DNA from: Candidatus Poribacteria bacterium
GTDB lineage: Bacteria > Poribacteria > WGA-4E > WGA-3G
Reading direction: 5' to 3'
Length of the DNA stretch: 64,000 nt
NCBI GenBank assembly: GCA_965214095.1
Contig: OZ243938.1
Span: forward strand, 960,001 to 1,024,000
The translations under genes and the position numbers were made by a program. The notes under the pieces are model-generated. The model was not told the DNA's origin. It was given only the letters and a program-made list of their open reading frames with translations, and searched no databases. Of the stretch, positions 22,953 to 32,506 are shown in pieces (the stretch's first letter is position 1; every line of letters begins with the position of its first letter).

Positions 22953-25898
22953 CTACTTTGCAATGGACATTTTGCGGGTGGCGGTGTAGTTACCAGCGCG
23001 TAGGGTGTAGAAATAGATGCCGCTGGCGACCCTTTCACCATAGGCATTCTTGCCATCCCAGTGCTCTTGATGAATGCCGACTGTTTGGTTTCCCAATTTT
23101 AGGGCGCGGACTAACTTGCCATCGGATGTGTAAATTGTTATGTTGACATCGGATGGGGTTGCGAGGTGATACGGTATCCACGTCTCGGGGTTGAATGGGT
23201 TGGGGTAGTTCGGTAATAATGCTGTCTGTTTGGGTGTCAAGGAGTTCAGGAGGTTCTCAAGAAATAAGACACCGCGTTGAAAATCAGGATCGGATAGATT
23301 GAGAGACCGTGCCTCGTGCAGCCAGGATTGGACATCTTCACGGGATGGCAAATCTGATAGCAACGCTGGGGCTGCTACGTCATCACCGTTGTTACCGATG
23401 GCGGCTGCGACTAATGCTAAATCTACGATGTTGACAATGCCGTCACCATTGACATCGGCAGGATTGGCACCTATCTTTCCGAGGTTCGCGGCGACGAAAG
23501 TCAGATCAGATATGTTGACGACACCATCACCGTTGACATCTTCGGACAGAACCAAGGATTTCAGTATCTCCGCACTTGCTATCTGCGGGACTGTGCTACT
23601 ACCGAGACTATCTGTCAATAGCACATCGGATATGCTGACGGTGGAGTCTTTTTGTGCGATGACTTCAAATGTGATGGTGGCGAGTGTGCCGTCTCCGTTG
23701 GATTGTTCTCCAAATGCGGTGGCTGTTAAGGTAATAGAAGATTGTGGTTCGGTAACGGAGTTGGAAACATCTCCAACTATGTAATATGGGTTGCTATGGA
23801 GATAGTCTCCGACGGTGCTATCAACATAAGTGAGCGCGGTGTTGTCATATTGCACGGTGGCTTGATAGCCTGCTACGTCTTGTCCTTCAGTGATGTCCAA
23901 AGATAGCGTAAGGTGTTCACCGATGGCGGGTGACTGGACTTTGGCAGGAGATAACTTCACTATGGTTGGTGACGGGATTCCTGGCTCAATGTCCCATAAG
24001 AGGATCGTTCCGTCAGCACTGCTACTGGCTAATGTTCGTCCATCGGGACTAAACGTGACAAGACGAATCCAAGATGTGTGTCCCTTCAAAACACGCGTTT
24101 GCGTAATATCAGCCATATCCCACAGTCGCACGGTGCTATCACGGAACCCCATAGCCGCCATTGTGCCATCGGAATTGAGTGCCATATAATTAAGTTCACG
24201 CATCTCTCCGGGCATAGGTATCGTCCGCAGTTCCGTCCCAGTCTCAACATTCCATTGATGGATGAATCCAAAACTCATGCTTGTTATTGTTTGTCCATCT
24301 GGACTGAACGCGATGTCGTGTGCGGTATATTCGGGTGTATCGATTTTCCGTAGGTGTGTTCCGTTGTCAACATCCCAGAATCGGATTGCATTGTCAGTGG
24401 CACAACTTGCGATGGTTGTTCCATCAGGGCTGAAGGCAATTTTCTCGACCCATCTTGAATGTTCTATCTCAAGGTTACGTTGATTTCTCCCAAATATTGG
24501 TCCTGTGCGCGTATAAACTTTGATGCTATGCAGTTGTTTTCCGCTTGCTGTTTCATAGGTGCGGAGATGGTCTGCTGAATTGGTGTTGACTATGCATGCC
24601 ACCAGTTCGCCATCCCGACTGAATGTGATACTATATGGGTCTCCAGATGTATCTATGGGTGGAAGGTGTGCCGTGCCAGTATCCGTATCCCACAATCTGA
24701 GAGTCTCGTCATCACTACCCGTCGCAAGTATTGTGCCGTCCGGACTATATGCGAGCGATCTGATATATCGGGTATGCCCGCTGAATTTGTGTTTGAGTTT
24801 TCCTGTGTCCGTATCTGCCAAAAGGACTGATGCCCCGTTACCTCCGGTGGCGATCGTGTTCTCTGTTGGACTGAAAGCGGCTTGCGTGCTGAAATAGGTG
24901 TGTTTTGTTAATGTGCGTATTTTCATTACTGTGGCGACATCCCAAATATAGATGTGTGTGTCATATCCACCTGTAGCGAATGTGTTCCCGTCTGCACTGA
25001 AGATAACCGATCTTGGTGTATGGGAATATTCTGTAATTCTGTTTATCATTTCACCTGTATTTAGATTCCATAATCGGATGTCGTAGTGTCTGTCGCAAGC
25101 GATGAGGATGTTGTTGTGTGGACTTACCGCGACATCTAAGATCTCATCAAAATGTCCACGGAGTGTATTGGTAAGATTACCAGTGTTGACATCCCAAAGC
25201 CGTATGGTTTCGTCTCGGCTCCCGCTGACAAGCGTTTTACCATCGGGTGTAAAGGTGAGGGTAGAGACCATTTCTTCATGGTCGGTTAGGGTGTGCCTGA
25301 TTGTGCCAGTGTTGACATCCCAGAGGCGGATTGTGCTGTCATACCATCCGGTTGCTAAAGTCTTACCATCTGGACTGAATTGGATGCATTGCAAGCCGTA
25401 CCATGTTTCCTCTCCTTTGAGTGTGCGTATGCTCTCGCCTGTGTCTGGATTCCAGAGTTGGACTGTGCCTAAGGATCCGTTACTTGCGATGATTGAGCCA
25501 TCTGGACTAAATGCGACTCCTTTGTTAATCCAACTGGTTTCTGCTGGGAAGGTGCGGAGGAGTCTTCCGCTTTCCACATCCCATAGACTGTGCGGCGCGC
25601 CTCTCGCCGTACCGACAAGCTTCGTGCCGTCTGGACTGAATGCGATACTTTCAACTGCTGCTTGTTCTGTTGCGAGTAGTTGAAGTTCATTGCCTGTCCC
25701 CACATCGTATAACCATACGCCGATGTATGTTGCTGCTGCTAACATTGTGCCGTCTGGTGAATATTCAATCTGTTCGATTGCGCCTTTCCCTAATCGAGCT
25801 TTTGCGCCTTCGGGTAGATGCCATTGGGGTGAGTCTTGGGCATGTGCTATTGATATGACTATGAGAGCGATGAGGATTGAAAGTCTGATGGATTTCAT
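22953..25898 (-). CDS. Secreted WD40 + cohesin + dockerin + FlgD/T9SS-CTD-like protein (paralogue A)
   Basis: Signal peptide, WD40 repeats, cohesin-like domain, two DVNGDG motifs, YPNPFNPETWIPY tail. Confidence 0.9.
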   Translation of the reverse strand: MKSIRLSILIALIVISIAHAQDSPQWHLPEGAKARLGKGAIEQIEYSPDGTMLAAATYIGVWLYDVGTGNELQLLATEQAAVESIAFSPDGTKLVGTARGAPHSLWDVESGRLLRTFPAETSWINKGVAFSPDGSIIASNGSLGTVQLWNPDTGESIRTLKGEETWYGLQCIQFSPDGKTLATGWYDSTIRLWDVNTGTIRHTLTDHEEMVSTLTFTPDGKTLVSGSRDETIRLWDVNTGNLTNTLRGHFDEILDVAVSPHNNILIACDRHYDIRLWNLNTGEMINRITEYSHTPRSVIFSADGNTFATGGYDTHIYIWDVATVMKIRTLTKHTYFSTQAAFSPTENTIATGGNGASVLLADTDTGKLKHKFSGHTRYIRSLAYSPDGTILATGSDDETLRLWDTDTGTAHLPPIDTSGDPYSITFSRDGELVACIVNTNSADHLRTYETASGKQLHSIKVYTRTGPIFGRNQRNLEIEHSRWVEKIAFSPDGTTIASCATDNAIRFWDVDNGTHLRKIDTPEYTAHDIAFSPDGQTITSMSFGFIHQWNVETGTELRTIPMPGEMRELNYMALNSDGTMAAMGFRDSTVRLWDMADITQTRVLKGHTSWIRLVTFSPDGRTLASSSADGTILLWDIEPGIPSPTIVKLSPAKVQSPAIGEHLTLSLDITEGQDVAGYQATVQYDNTALTYVDSTVGDYLHSNPYYIVGDVSNSVTEPQSSITLTATAFGEQSNGDGTLATITFEVIAQKDSTVSISDVLLTDSLGSSTVPQIASAEILKSLVLSEDVNGDGVVNISDLTFVAANLGKIGANPADVNGDGIVNIVDLALVAAAIGNNGDDVAAPALLSDLPSREDVQSWLHEARSLNLSDPDFQRGVLFLENLLNSLTPKQTALLPNYPNPFNPETWIPYHLATPSDVNITIYTSDGKLVRALKLGNQTVGIHQEHWDGKNAYGERVASGIYFYTLRAGNYTATRKMSIAK

Positions 25899-26064
25899 GG
25901 TTTAACTCCTATGATGGAAACTATTCTAAAACGCGCCTACGGTCTCTTTTGTAATTGTTTTAGCAATTTTGTGCCAGTTTTTTGTGCTGTTTGTTGCACG
26001 TTTTGGTGCAGGTTTTGAATTTTTGTGAACCGGGATTTGTAGGATTCTTGTCTGCGTTTACCTG

Positions 26065-29019
26065 CTACTTTGTGATTGTCATTTTGCGGGTGGCAGTATA
26101 ATCCCCTGCGGTGAGGGTGTAGAAATAGACGCCGCTGGCGACCTTTTCTCCATAGGCGTTCTTGCCATCCCAGTGCTCTTGATGAATGCCGACTGTTTGG
26201 TTTCCTAATTTTAGCGCGCGGACTAACTTGCCATCGGATGTGTAAATTGTTATATTGACATCTGATGGGGTTGCGAGGTGATACGGTATCCACGTCTCTG
26301 GATTAAACGGGTTGGGGTAGTTCGGTAATAATGTTGTCTGTTTGGGTGTCAAGGAGTTCAGGAAGTTCTCAAGAAATAAGACACCGCGTTGAAAATCAGG
26401 ATCGGATAGATTGAGAGACCGTGCCTCCCGTAGCCATGTTTCTACCGATGTGCGTGATGGCAGTTCTGAATGGAAGGAAGGGACAGCTGCGGCATCACCG
26501 TTGTTACCGATGGCGGCTGCGACTAATGCTAAATCTATGATGTTGACGATGCCGTCACCATTGACATCGGCAGGATTGGCACCTATCTTTCCGAGGTTCG
26601 CGGCGACGAAAGTCAGATCAGATATGTTGACGACACCATCACCGTTGACATCTTCGGACAGAACCAAGGATTCAAGTATCTCTGCACCTGCTATCTGCGG
26701 GACTGTGCTACTACCGAGACTATCTGTCAATAGCACATCGGATATGCTGATGGTGGAGTCTTTTTGTGCAATAACCTCAAATGTGATGGTGGCGAGCGTG
26801 CCGTCTCCGTTAGATTGTTCTCCAAATGCGGTGGCGGTTAAGGTTATAGAAGATTGTGGTTCGGTAACTGCGTTGGAAACATCTCCAACAATGTAATAGG
26901 GATTGCTTTGGAGATAGTTTCCGACGGTGCTATCAACATAAGTGAGTGCGGTGTTGTCATAGTTGACGGTGGCTTGATAGCCTGCTACATCTTGTCCTTC
27001 AGTGATGTCCAAAGATAGCGTGAGGTGTTCACCGATGACGGGTGACTGGACTTTGGCAGGAGATAACTTCACTATGGTGGGAGACGGCACTATAGGTGTG
27101 ATGTCCCATAATAAGGTCGTTCCACCAGAACTGCTACTCGCTAATGTTCGTCCATCGGGACTAAACGTGACAAGATTAACCGAAGATGTGTGTCCCTTCA
27201 AAATACGCGTTTGCGTAATATCAGTCATATCCCACAGCCGCACGGTGCCATCGCTGTACCCCATTGCCGCCATAGTGCTATCGGAACTGAGTCCCATATA
27301 ACTGAGTCTACGTGTCTCTCCGGGCATAGGTACCGTCCGTAGTTCTGTCCCAGTCTCAACATTCCATTGATGTATGAATCCAAAACTTATGCCTGTAATT
27401 GTTTGTCCATCTGGACTGAACGCGATGTCGCTTATGCGATATTCGTGTGTCTCGATTTTTCGTAGGTGTGTTCCGTTGTCAACATCCCAGAATCGGATTG
27501 CATTGTCAGCGGCACAACTTGCGATGGTTGTTCCATCAGGGCTGAAGGCAATTGCCCTGACCCAGTAAGAATGCTCTATCTCAAGGTTAGGTTGATTACC
27601 CCATAGTCCTGGTCCATGTCCTGTGCGCGTATAAACTTTGATACTATGCAGTTGTTTTCCACTTGCTGTTTCAAAGGTGTAGATGTGTTGTTCTGAATTG
27701 GTGTAGAATAAGCCTGCCACCCGTTCGCCATCCCGACTGAATGTGATATGATATGTGGATCCAGATGTATCCATAGGTGGAAGGAGTGCCGTGCCAGTTT
27801 GTGCATCCCATAATCTGATCGTATCATCATGCCCCGTTGCAAGCATTGTGCCGTCTGGACTATATGCTAATGTTTTGATAGATTGGGAAGTTCCGTTGAA
27901 TTTGTGTTTTAGTTTTCCTGTTTCCGTATCTGCCAAAAAGACTGTTCCAGCGTAGCCTGGGAGGGCGATTGTGTTCTCTGTTGGACTGAATGCGCCATGC
28001 GTACTGTAAGATGTGTGTTTTGTAAAACTGCGCATTTTCATTGCAGTGGCGACATCCCAAATATAGATGCGCGCCTCATGTCCGCCTGTAGCGAATGTGT
28101 TTCCATCTGCGCTAAAGATGATCGATCTTGGTATTTGCAAATGTTCTCTTCCACCAATTCTTTTTAGCATTTCACCTGTATTTAGATTCCATATTCGGAT
28201 TTCGTAGCATCTGTCGCAAGCGATGAGGATGTTGTTGTGTGGACTTACCGCGACATCTAAGATCTCATCCAAATGTCCAACGAGTGTATTGGTAAGATTG
28301 CCAGTGTTGACATCCCAGAGCCGTATGGTTTCGTCTCGGCTCCCGCTGACAAGCATTTTGCCATTGGGTGTAAAGGTGAGGGTAGAGACCATTTCTTCAT
28401 GGTCGGTTAGGGTGTGCCTAATTGTGCCCGTGTTGACATCCCAGAGAATGATTGTGCTGTCATGCCATCCGGTTGCTAAAGTCTTACCATCTGGACTGAA
28501 TTGGATGCAATTCAAGTCGGTCCATGATTCCTCTCCTTTGAGTGTACGTATGTTCTCGCCTGTGTCTGGATTCCAGAGTTGGACTGTGCCTGAGGATCCG
28601 TTACCTGCGATGATTGTGCCATCTGGACTAAATGCGACTCCTTTGTTGGACCAACCGGTTTCTGCTGGGAAGGTACGGAGGAGTCTTCCGCTTTCCACAT
28701 CCCATAGACTGAGCGGCGTGCCTCTCGCTGAACTGACAAGTTTTGTGCCGTCTGGACTGAATGCGATACTTTGAACTGGTGCTTGTTCTGTTGCGAGTAG
28801 TTGAAGTTCATTGCCTGTCTCCACGTCGTATAACCATACGCCGATGTATGTTGCTGCTGCTAACATTGTGCCGCCTGGTGAATATTCAATCTGTTCGATT
28901 CTGCCTCCGCCTAAGCGGACTTTTGCGCCTTCAGGTAGATGCCATTGGGGTACGTCGTGGGCATGTGCAATTGTTATGAGGATGTGCGTTATGATGATTG
29001 AGAGTCTGATGGATTTCAT
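26065..29019 (-). CDS. Secreted WD40 + cohesin + dockerin + FlgD/T9SS-CTD-like protein (paralogue B)
   Basis: Colinear tandem paralogue of 22953-25898; start MKSIRLS after AGGAG. Confidence 0.9.
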   Translation of the reverse strand: MKSIRLSIIITHILITIAHAHDVPQWHLPEGAKVRLGGGRIEQIEYSPGGTMLAAATYIGVWLYDVETGNELQLLATEQAPVQSIAFSPDGTKLVSSARGTPLSLWDVESGRLLRTFPAETGWSNKGVAFSPDGTIIAGNGSSGTVQLWNPDTGENIRTLKGEESWTDLNCIQFSPDGKTLATGWHDSTIILWDVNTGTIRHTLTDHEEMVSTLTFTPNGKMLVSGSRDETIRLWDVNTGNLTNTLVGHLDEILDVAVSPHNNILIACDRCYEIRIWNLNTGEMLKRIGGREHLQIPRSIIFSADGNTFATGGHEARIYIWDVATAMKMRSFTKHTSYSTHGAFSPTENTIALPGYAGTVFLADTETGKLKHKFNGTSQSIKTLAYSPDGTMLATGHDDTIRLWDAQTGTALLPPMDTSGSTYHITFSRDGERVAGLFYTNSEQHIYTFETASGKQLHSIKVYTRTGHGPGLWGNQPNLEIEHSYWVRAIAFSPDGTTIASCAADNAIRFWDVDNGTHLRKIETHEYRISDIAFSPDGQTITGISFGFIHQWNVETGTELRTVPMPGETRRLSYMGLSSDSTMAAMGYSDGTVRLWDMTDITQTRILKGHTSSVNLVTFSPDGRTLASSSSGGTTLLWDITPIVPSPTIVKLSPAKVQSPVIGEHLTLSLDITEGQDVAGYQATVNYDNTALTYVDSTVGNYLQSNPYYIVGDVSNAVTEPQSSITLTATAFGEQSNGDGTLATITFEVIAQKDSTISISDVLLTDSLGSSTVPQIAGAEILESLVLSEDVNGDGVVNISDLTFVAANLGKIGANPADVNGDGIVNIIDLALVAAAIGNNGDAAAVPSFHSELPSRTSVETWLREARSLNLSDPDFQRGVLFLENFLNSLTPKQTTLLPNYPNPFNPETWIPYHLATPSDVNITIYTSDGKLVRALKLGNQTVGIHQEHWDGKNAYGEKVASGVYFYTLTAGDYTATRKMTITK

Positions 29020-29056
29020 GGTTTGACTCCTATGTCTGTGTTTGTGGTAGGATTGA

Positions 29057-29137
29057 AGCAATTGTTGTGCCAGTTTTTTGTGCTGTTTGTTGCACGTTTT
29101 GGTGCAGGTTCTGATGTTTGCTGCACGTTTTGGTGCG
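29057..29137 (-). promoter_or_regulatory. Sigma-54 -24/-12 promoter with two TGCAC-N6-GTGC(A/G) palindromes
   Basis: TGGCACAACAATTGCT at 29072-29057; palindromes at 29091-29106 and 29122-29137. Confidence 0.7.
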
Positions 29138-29193
29138 GGTTGTGTGGACTAGGATTTGCTGGAGAATGTCCGAGGCGCAATGAATTGCACGAC

Positions 29194-29222
29194 TTGACAG
29201 AAAAACATGCATCTGCTACGAT
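29194..29222 (+). promoter_or_regulatory. Sigma-70 promoter for a leaderless restriction-modification gene
   Basis: TTGACA-17-TACGAT; ATG 7 nt downstream. Confidence 0.6.
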
Positions 29223-29229
29223 ACCTACC

Positions 29230-32200
29230 ATGCATGAACTTAACTTGAAAACGACTCATAAACCAGTCAAAGACTATTTCGCCACACTACAAGAATTCTC
29301 CGATCAACAAATAACCCACGAAGGTGCGGTGAGTGCCCCCTTCGGTTCCTTGTTAGACCATTGCGCGAAACAGATTAACGCTACCTTCTCTCAACAATAT
29401 GCGATGACATCCGCCGCAGGTAACCGTATCGTGATTGACGGTGCCGTGACAAAACTCGGTTTGCCACTCGCCTATTGGGAAGCGAAGGACATCCACGACG
29501 ACCTGCCTCAAGCGGTTCAACAGAAACGACAGGCAGGATACCCGCTCGACAATATCCTGTTCCAAACGCCTGAACGCGGTATCCTGATTCAGAACGGACA
29601 GATAGCACTGGACACCGACCTCACTGATAAAAACAACCTTGTCGACACGGTCAAACGGCTGTTCTCCTACACTACACCTGTCCACGAGGATTGGGAACGG
29701 GCTGTGACGGACTTCAAAACTCGCGTCCCTGACCTCGCCGCTGAGATGAAGAGAATCATTGAGGAACGATATGAGGCGGATACAGACTTTAAAACGGCTT
29801 TCAATGGGTTTTATGAGACGTGCAAGGCTGCCATCAATCCGAACCTATCCCAAAATGCGGTTGAGGAGATGCTTGTGCAGCACATCCTCACGGAACGCAT
29901 ATTCCATAGAGTGTTCGACCACTCCGATTTCAGTAGACGCAACATCATCGCAAGTGAGATTGAGAAGGTGATTGATATTCTGACACGCAACTATATCAGT
30001 CGGGATGCGTTCCTGCGTCCGTTGGATCGGTTCTATAACGCCATAGAGGAGGCTGCCAGAAATTGCCACGACTTCTCTCAGAAACAACACCTACTGAACA
30101 CCTTTTACGAGCAGTTCTTTCAGGGGTTCTCGGAGGATGTCGCCGATACGCACGGCATCGTCTATACACCGCAACCGATTGTGGACTTTATGGTGAACAG
30201 CGTATCGCATATCCTCAAAACGGAGTTCGGTCGGTCGCTTTCGGATGAAGGCGTGCATATCATCGACCCGTTTGTCGGCACAGGCAACTTCATCGTGCGA
30301 CTGATGCACGAGATTAGCGGTGCCGCGTTGCAACACAAATATCAGCACGAACTCCACTGCAACGAGGTGATGCTCCTGCCCTACTACATCGCCAGTCTGA
30401 ACATTGAACAGGAATACTACGACCGCACCAAGCAATATCTGCCGTTTGAGGGGGTTGTGCTTGCGGATACTTTTGAACTGCTTGAGGATAATCAGATGCA
30501 ACTCTTTACGGAGGAGAACACCGAACGCGTGGAACGGCAGAAGGATGCGGATATGTTCGTCGTTATTGGTAATCCACCGTATAATTCCAAACAGGTCAAT
30601 GAAAATGACAACAACAAAAACCGTGAATATGAAACGATAGATAAGATGTTGAAAGACACATATTCAAAGGACTCAAAAGCCACAAATAAAAACGCACTTT
30701 CGGATCCTTATGTAAAAGCAATATTATGGGCTTCAAGACGAATCGGTGAAGAAGGTGTTGTTGTCTTCGTAACAAACAATGGCTTTCTAGATGCAATCGC
30801 TTGTGATGGGATGCGGAAACACTTGGCACAAGATTTTGACGCTATCTACATCGTGGACTTAAGTGGTAATGTCCGTAAGAATCCAAAACTATCGGGAACA
30901 ACACATAACGTCTTTGGTATACAGGTTGGCGTGAGTATCAATTATTTTGTTAAGAAAAGTAATAAATCGGAAGCTGCAAGCATTTTTTATGCGCGTGTAG
31001 AAGAAGATTGGCGAAAAGAACAGAAATACGAGTTTCTCAATATAAAAGAACATTACCAGAACATTGAATGGCATCAGATAACTCCTGATAGTAGACATAC
31101 ATGGCTTACCGAAGGACTCCATTCTGAATATGAGACTTTTATCCCAATTGGATCAAAACAAAAAACAAATGTATATTCGATATTCAGATCTTACGGTATT
31201 GGATTACAGACGAGTAGAGATGCATGGTTATTTAATTATCACAAGAATGATCTGATTCAGAATGTAAAACAGACAAGTGAATTTTACAATATGCATGTTC
31301 TCAAATTTAGAGAAATTCCTGAAAACGAACGTGATGTTGATCAGTTTGTTGAAAATGATGGTACCAAAATTAAATGGAGTTCAGGATTAAAATCTAAACT
31401 AGAACAAGGAATACAGATTGAGTCTGCGGAAACAAATATCAGATCTTCATATTTTCGTCCATATACCAAGATGGCACTCTGTTTTGACAAAACTCTAAAT
31501 CACCGTAGGTCAATATTTCCGAACTCTTTCCCAACACCTGAAACTGAAAAAGATAATAGAGTTATTTGCGTTAATGGAATTGGTAATAAAAAACCTTTTC
31601 ATGTTTTAATGGTCAATCTAATTCCCGATCTCCATCTCACAGGTGATACACGATGCTTCCCCTTCTACACCTACGACGAAGACGGCAGCAACCGCAAGGA
31701 GAACATCACCGATTGGTCACTCAATGCCTTCCGCGCTCACTACAATGACGACACCATCAGCAAGTGGGATATTTTCCACTATACTTATGCCCTCCTCCAC
31801 CATCCCGACTACCGAGAGAAGTATCAGGCGAACCTCAAGCGTGACCTACCACATATCCCCTACGCACCCGATTTTAAGGCATTCGCCACGGCAGGCTCGG
31901 AACTCGCTGACATCCACGTCAACTACGAAACGCAAACCCAATATCAGCATTCCAACCTACTCGAAAACCGAGATGTGCCTTTAGATTGGCGTGTGGAGAA
32001 GATGAAACTTTCCACAGACAAAACTAAGCTCATATACAACGACTATTTCACCATAGACGGTATCCCACCCAAAGTCTTTGAATACCGTCTCGGCACGCGG
32101 TCTGCGTTGGAGTGGGTGATTGACCAGTATCGTGTCAAGACGGACAAACGAAGTGGCATCGTCAACGATCCCAACCGTCCCGACGATGAACGTTATATCG

Positions 32201-32277
32201 TTGAGCTGATCTTACGCGTCATCACTGTCAGCCTGTTGACGGTGGATATTGTTGGGAAGTTGCCGGATATTGTCTGA
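29230..32277 (+). CDS. Fused restriction endonuclease / N6-adenine methyltransferase with Type ISP-like C-terminal specificity domain, no helicase
   Basis: IDG...WEAK PD-(D/E)xK motif; GIVYTP, IIDPFVGTGNF, GNPPY; RSALEWVIDQY C-terminus; start reassigned to MHELNLK. Confidence 0.85.
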   Translation: MHELNLKTTHKPVKDYFATLQEFSDQQITHEGAVSAPFGSLLDHCAKQINATFSQQYAMTSAAGNRIVIDGAVTKLGLPLAYWEAKDIHDDLPQAVQQKRQAGYPLDNILFQTPERGILIQNGQIALDTDLTDKNNLVDTVKRLFSYTTPVHEDWERAVTDFKTRVPDLAAEMKRIIEERYEADTDFKTAFNGFYETCKAAINPNLSQNAVEEMLVQHILTERIFHRVFDHSDFSRRNIIASEIEKVIDILTRNYISRDAFLRPLDRFYNAIEEAARNCHDFSQKQHLLNTFYEQFFQGFSEDVADTHGIVYTPQPIVDFMVNSVSHILKTEFGRSLSDEGVHIIDPFVGTGNFIVRLMHEISGAALQHKYQHELHCNEVMLLPYYIASLNIEQEYYDRTKQYLPFEGVVLADTFELLEDNQMQLFTEENTERVERQKDADMFVVIGNPPYNSKQVNENDNNKNREYETIDKMLKDTYSKDSKATNKNALSDPYVKAILWASRRIGEEGVVVFVTNNGFLDAIACDGMRKHLAQDFDAIYIVDLSGNVRKNPKLSGTTHNVFGIQVGVSINYFVKKSNKSEAASIFYARVEEDWRKEQKYEFLNIKEHYQNIEWHQITPDSRHTWLTEGLHSEYETFIPIGSKQKTNVYSIFRSYGIGLQTSRDAWLFNYHKNDLIQNVKQTSEFYNMHVLKFREIPENERDVDQFVENDGTKIKWSSGLKSKLEQGIQIESAETNIRSSYFRPYTKMALCFDKTLNHRRSIFPNSFPTPETEKDNRVICVNGIGNKKPFHVLMVNLIPDLHLTGDTRCFPFYTYDEDGSNRKENITDWSLNAFRAHYNDDTISKWDIFHYTYALLHHPDYREKYQANLKRDLPHIPYAPDFKAFATAGSELADIHVNYETQTQYQHSNLLENRDVPLDWRVEKMKLSTDKTKLIYNDYFTIDGIPPKVFEYRLGTRSALEWVIDQYRVKTDKRSGIVNDPNRPDDERYIVELILRVITVSLLTVDIVGKLPDIV

Positions 32278-32505
32278 ACCAGGATTCACAGGATTGGTAG
32301 ATTTCCAGGATAAGAGACAGAAATATCAAAGTGCCATTCAGAGAATAAACGTCACCCTTTGAATAGGAACGTTGGAGTTCCAAACGCACAATCCTGTTAA
32401 TCTGTAAATCCTGTGAATCCTGGTTCAGACAATCTCGGAGAAGAGCGAGGTTGGGAAACCTCGCCTACCGTGTATAATCTAATCCTGCAAATCCTGGTTC
32501 AGACA
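32273..32505. repeat. Inverted AATCCTG-periodic repeats plus one REP
   Basis: TCTGAACCAGGATTCACAGGATT at ~32273 against AATCCTGTGAATCCTGGTTCAGAC at ~32407 and a similar copy at ~32481; REP GCGAGGTTGGGAAACCTCGCCTAC. Confidence 0.7.
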
Positions 32506-32506
32506 A

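Noticed and set aside
23299-28774. Repeated plus-strand ORFs opposite the WD40 genes
   Set aside because: Antisense frames duplicated along with the genes; no independent coding evidence
22953-29019. Diversity-generating retroelement template/variable repeat pair
   Set aside because: Both copies are full genes, differences are not visibly adenine-specific and include indels, and no reverse transcriptase is in the window
29023-29229. 69-aa N-terminal extension of the restriction-methylase
   Set aside because: Covers divergent promoter DNA; ATG at 29230 fits the sigma-70 promoter
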